64,000 bases of DNA from Paraphysomonas bandaiensis. Taxonomy: Eukaryota; Protista; Chrysophyceae. Under the pieces are notes generated by a model. It ran no database searches. It was not told the DNA's origin and was given only the letters and a program-made list of their open reading frames with translations. The position numbers and the translations under genes were made by a program. Shown piece by piece: positions 59,887-64,000 of this stretch; position 1 is the stretch's first letter, and every line of letters starts with the position of its first letter. The stretch is taken from positions 124,001 to 188,000 of the forward strand of contig CBFFRP010000255.1 in the NCBI GenBank assembly GCA_965644295.1, given 5' to 3'.

Positions 59887-60351
59887 ATCTCAATATTAAG
59901 TTGACACAATTCAGGCAAACTAAATTAAGAGTTACGAATATTTTTATCACTACAAAGAAAACGTTTGATGGGCTAACTGCAATGTTTACAAAGGTGTGAA
60001 TGCTGTCCAATAACGTATAGAGGAAATGAAAAGAATGGCCAACAACACAACAAAAATACTCACAGGAGTATGTACAGCAGTATGTGTGTATACCAGTATA
60101 CGGTATACCGATATGTCTACGTCGTACTGTGTGTATAATATGTATGTGCAGATGTGCAGTATATCCATGTACAGCAAGATGTACACGTATATGTTTTGTA
60201 GATGTGAGAGCTGTTTTCAGCCCTAGACTGAGCAGAATCTGTTTTTGTTTGTGGTGCATGTCTGCGCATGTGGTTTATACAAAGTGCGGTCATATATATA
60301 TATATATTCCACTAACAAAATCATAATCCATTACCCCACCTGCGATTAACT

Positions 60352-62068
60352 ATGACAGAATCTTGCCCTCATTCTAAGGATTTCGATGAAGTTCTTCGCC
60401 GCCGTCAAGCGGATGGACAGTCATGCAGATGGCGTGTGAACGCAGACGAGCCAAACCCCCACTCTCATATTCCTCGCAACCCCATACGCACCATCATGCC
60501 CGACATCCTCCACAACATCGGGGAGACTCCTTTGGTAACAGTTAAATGTATGTGATGGTTTTATGTCTGACCGGTGTGTGATACAGGTGCGGATTAACCG
60601 TATCGCCAAAAAAGAGGGCTTGAAGTGCGAGCTTTTGGCGAAATGCGAATTCTTCAATGCCGGTGGCTCTGTCAAGGATAGAATCGGGAGAAGAATGGTT
60701 GAAGATGCTGAGCGTACTGGTCGTATCAAGCCTGGTGATACCCTAATTGAGCCCACCAGTGGTAACACTGGCATCGGACTTGCCCTTGCTGCTGCTGTTA
60801 AGGGCTACCGCATGATAATCACAATGCCAGAAAAAATGTCTGAAGAGAAAGTGAATGTGCTGAAAGCTCTTGGTGCGGAGATTATTCGCACTCCTAATGA
60901 GGCCGCCTTTGATGCTCCGGATAGTCATATTGGTGTAGCTAAGAAACTCTTACAGGAAATTCCCAACAGTCATATCCTCGATCAGTACTTGAACCCCAAC
61001 AACCCCATGGCACACTACGAGGGTACCGCCGAGGAGATCTGGGAACAGTGCGAGGGAAAAGTGGATATGCTTGTTGCTGGTGCTGGAACTGGGGGCACCA
61101 TCACCGGTATTGCTCGCCGTCTTAAAGAACTCAACCCCAACCTGATCGTTGTGGGTGTGGACCCTTTCGGAAGTATTCTCGCTCAGCCGCCGGAATTGAA
61201 CGCCGGTGAGCACCCAATGTATCAAGTTGAGGGTATTGGGTACGACTTTATCCCCGGTGTTCTTGACCGCACAGTGGTGGACCGCTGGATGAAGAGCGAG
61301 GACCGCTCCAGTTTCGTTATGTCTCGTCGACTCATCCGCGAGGAGGGCTTACTCTGCGGTGGTAGCAGTGGCACGGCTATGGTTGCAGCTCTCCAGGCAG
61401 CCAAGGAACTCGGTGAGGGTCAACGCTGCGTTGTCATTCTTCCCGATTCGGTACGCAACTACATGACTAAGTTTCTGAACGACTCGTGGATGTATGAGCA
61501 TGGATTCATCGATGAAGATTCCCACAGACAAGTGCGCATGGGGGCCTGGTGGGCGTCTCGCAGGGTCTCTGAGTTGGATCTGAATTCTCCTATTACTGTT
61601 TCTCCGGATACTTCTTGTAAGGATGCGATCGAGCTGTTGCAGTCGCGCGCATTCGACATGATGCCTGTGCAGTCCGCTGAGGATGGTTCTGTCCTGGGTG
61701 TCGTGACTATGGGCAACCTCACCGCCATGATCACCCAAAACCGCATTCATCCTAATGATCCCTGCAAAAAGGCTATGTACAAGCAATTTCGCAAGGTGCA
61801 GATTAATACTGTTCTCAGTGATCTAGCAGCTATTTTCGATAGGTAATCGGTTTAATTTATAGATGCGCTTTTATCTCAAACTTGAACCGCAGGGACTACT
61901 ATGCTCTTGTCGTTGCTGAGCAGAAGTGCTACCACAATGGTCAGGAGACAACAAGAAGCGTTGTGACCGGTGTCGTAACTAGAATTGACCTTCTGACATT
62001 CATTTCTAATGTTTGTATATCCCAAAACTTTATCATCAATATAACTTCTTCCACAGGGAAGCGCATAG
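60352..62068 (+). CDS. CBS: cystathionine beta-synthase with heme-binding N-terminus and CBS pair (4 exons)
   Basis: [11 protein letters not shown] lysine, [22 protein letters not shown]; N-terminal C-x-W...PH-x-H; C-terminal CBS domains. Confidence 0.95.
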
Positions 62069-63127
62069 GAGCACATACATGTGAATAAGCTGATCAAGAA
62101 GTTGTGATTCGTAAGAACGGAACGCTGATATTACAATTTTCTATCTTCGGGGATTGCGTATAGTCCCTAGTTAAGTTGATTGGGTAATGGCTTCATAGGA
62201 AAGTATATTATGCACGCGCAGAATCAATTTTCGAAGCTTATTCTTGTAGCGTTATAATATTGAAAAAGGGTTTACTATTCGTTATTATTTGTTTGCAAGA
62301 TTATCCAAAGTATTGTTTTATTGGGAGCTTGTTCAACAATCAACGTCATGAAGAGCATGAATACGATAGATGATAAAGTGTGTATGCAGTGGAACTAGTA
62401 GGAACGAAGAAACGAAGATGCATAGTTGAGATCAGGGGGCGATAACAATATATTGCCAGCAAAAATAATAACACTATTTTCAAGACCAATAATCATTAGT
62501 AAATATGTTGCAATTAATATCTGTATATTGGACGCTAAGAAGAAAAATTAGCTCGGTCGGTAGAAACTAGTTAGTAGAGGTTACAACATGATGACAGAAA
62601 ACAATGAAAACCCAATGTAGCAAAATTGGGTATGTCAAGTATGGGTGATTTAGGAGGTTGTTATGGCTGAAGAATAAGATGAAGTGATGTAGGTTGTAGT
62701 ATGAAATGAGATGTAGATGGTAGTTATGATTAGATCAGAAGATACGAGTATTAAGGCCAGATATAGGGTTGGAGTGTACCGGAACTACCCGTACATACGG
62801 ATGTAACGGACGGTCATGGTAACCCGTACAGTATTATGATGGTATACGTAGGTATTCTGTAGGATGATATAGGAGTAGATAGCAGGATGTTAAGGGATTT
62901 CTATATGATTATTTCTGGAAGTAGAAAACTAGCTATTTATGGCTGGGAAACCACTTCTAGAATTAACTATGGGGATATAGGTAGAAGGATATGGAGTTTT
63001 AGATATAATAGTGAAAGTTGATATCGTAGTTGTTGAAAGTTAAGAAGTAGCGAAGTAAAGAGTAAGAAGAGGAAGTTAAGTGAAGAGTGTTGTGAGAAGA
63101 CTATCCTACCCCACATCACCTGTGCAC

Positions 63128-64000
63128 ATGGACAGGGATGATAAGACCAGCAATGTTAGTCATGATAGCGAGGCTCAATCACCCGTAGTCGTTACACTTG
63201 GTGGACAACGTGGGCTGGGTACAGTGGTTGAGAGTGATCAACTCAGCCATGCGTCACCCAGCGCACTATCGGCACGATCTCGGAGAGAGCCTTTGCCAGA
63301 AGAGGGAGACATTGAGAGTATCAGCCTATGCCATGAGGGAGAGGAGAGACAGGAGACTAAGGAGGAACTGCGGTCCCATGCACAGAAGGACCTATTGGAG
63401 CACGGGCTGAGGATGCAGAGTATGGATGACAGGAAAGGTGGAACCCAACCCAATTGGTCTGGAAGGTCTACAGAGCAGATAGAATGGATGCGTGATCCTA
63501 TTCTTGGAGGCAGAGACCTGGAGATGGGGGATAGGAGTAGTAGAGATGATATAAAGAGCTCGTGGAGGAGCACAGGAAGAGAAGAGAAGATTAAAAGGAG
63601 AGATGTTTACGCAAGAGCAGATGATGTGAGGGGCCCATCAGGAGGTCCTGGATATATTAGAAGAAAGGATTATGCAACAGATGAAGATGTAAGGGGCCCA
63701 TTAGGAGGTCCTGGAGATGATTATATGAAAGATGAAGATGTAAGGGGCCCATTAGGAGGTCCTGGAGATGATTATATGAAAGATGAAGATTTAAGGGGCC
63801 CATTAGGAGGTCCTGGATATGCCAGAAGAGATGATTATATGAAAGATGAAGATTTGAGGGGCCCATCAGGAGGTCCTGGATATAGTAAAAGAGAGGATTA
63901 TGTGAGAGAAGTGAATTTTAGGGACCTATCCAGAGGTCTTGGAGAAGAGATAGAAAAGCAGATGAGAGTACCTGAATGGCTGGTGGAGCCTAGTAGAGAA
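63128..64000 (+). CDS. open reading frame running off the window (at least 291 codons) with tandem DEDVRGPLGGPG repeats; possibly the 5' ORF of a mobile element
   Basis: ATG at 63128 with no in-frame stop to 64000 (absent from the ORF track); intronless, strongly purine-rich strand. Confidence 0.55.
   Translation, partial: MDRDDKTSNVSHDSEAQSPVVVTLGGQRGLGTVVESDQLSHASPSALSARSRREPLPEEGDIESISLCHEGEERQETKEELRSHAQKDLLEHGLRMQSMDDRKGGTQPNWSGRSTEQIEWMRDPILGGRDLEMGDRSSRDDIKSSWRSTGREEKIKRRDVYARADDVRGPSGGPGYIRRKDYATDEDVRGPLGGPGDDYMKDEDVRGPLGGPGDDYMKDEDLRGPLGGPGYARRDDYMKDEDLRGPSGGPGYSKREDYVREVNFRDLSRGLGEEIEKQMRVPEWLVEPSRE
63620..63942 (+). repeat. coding minisatellite, 48/60-bp units x ~6
   Basis: GATGAAGATGTAAGGGGCCCATTAGGAGGTCCTGGA repeated with in-frame 12-nt length variants. 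Confidence 0.9.

Noticed and set aside
62507-62588. TGTTGCAA...TTACAACA as a mini-LTR
   Set aside because: Only 82 bp, with no second copy, PBS or TSD visible
63620-63942. CRISPR-like repeat-spacer appearance
   Set aside because: The spacers are themselves repeats, unit lengths are multiples of 3 within an ORF, there are no cas genes and the context is eukaryotic

Overview
Eukaryotic nuclear DNA with many short (~40-80 nt) GT-AG introns; protein similarity suggests a stramenopile, possibly a chrysophyte-like ochrophyte (inference). Host genes, often head-to-head, include a zinc-finger Nudix hydrolase, RMC1/Mic1-like, a saposin-like secreted protein, a PX-GOLD coiled-coil protein, RPL18, an MFS transporter, a small RING-like protein, a Dispatched/Patched-like protein, Lon protease, OSCP1, a DnaJ-FN3-WW protein, C9orf85/DUF2039 and cystathionine beta-synthase. 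Two features stand out. (1) A full-length 12.3-kb non-LTR retrotransposon (34917-47255) bounded by an 11-bp target-site duplication. Its polyprotein carries OTU-like protease modules and a SET methyltransferase domain upstream of APE-RT-RNaseH-CCHC. ORF1 and ORF2 are in frame, separated by a single TGA, and a repeated FSxDNSGDGP motif may be a 2A-like or cleavage signal. (2) A gene that splices by hand into one frame joining a myosin motor and IQ motifs to a complete but apparently catalytically dead PLC-delta-like module. There is also a young, internally deleted Copia element nested in a remnant of the LINE family. All domain calls come from motif recognition by eye; no database searches were run.
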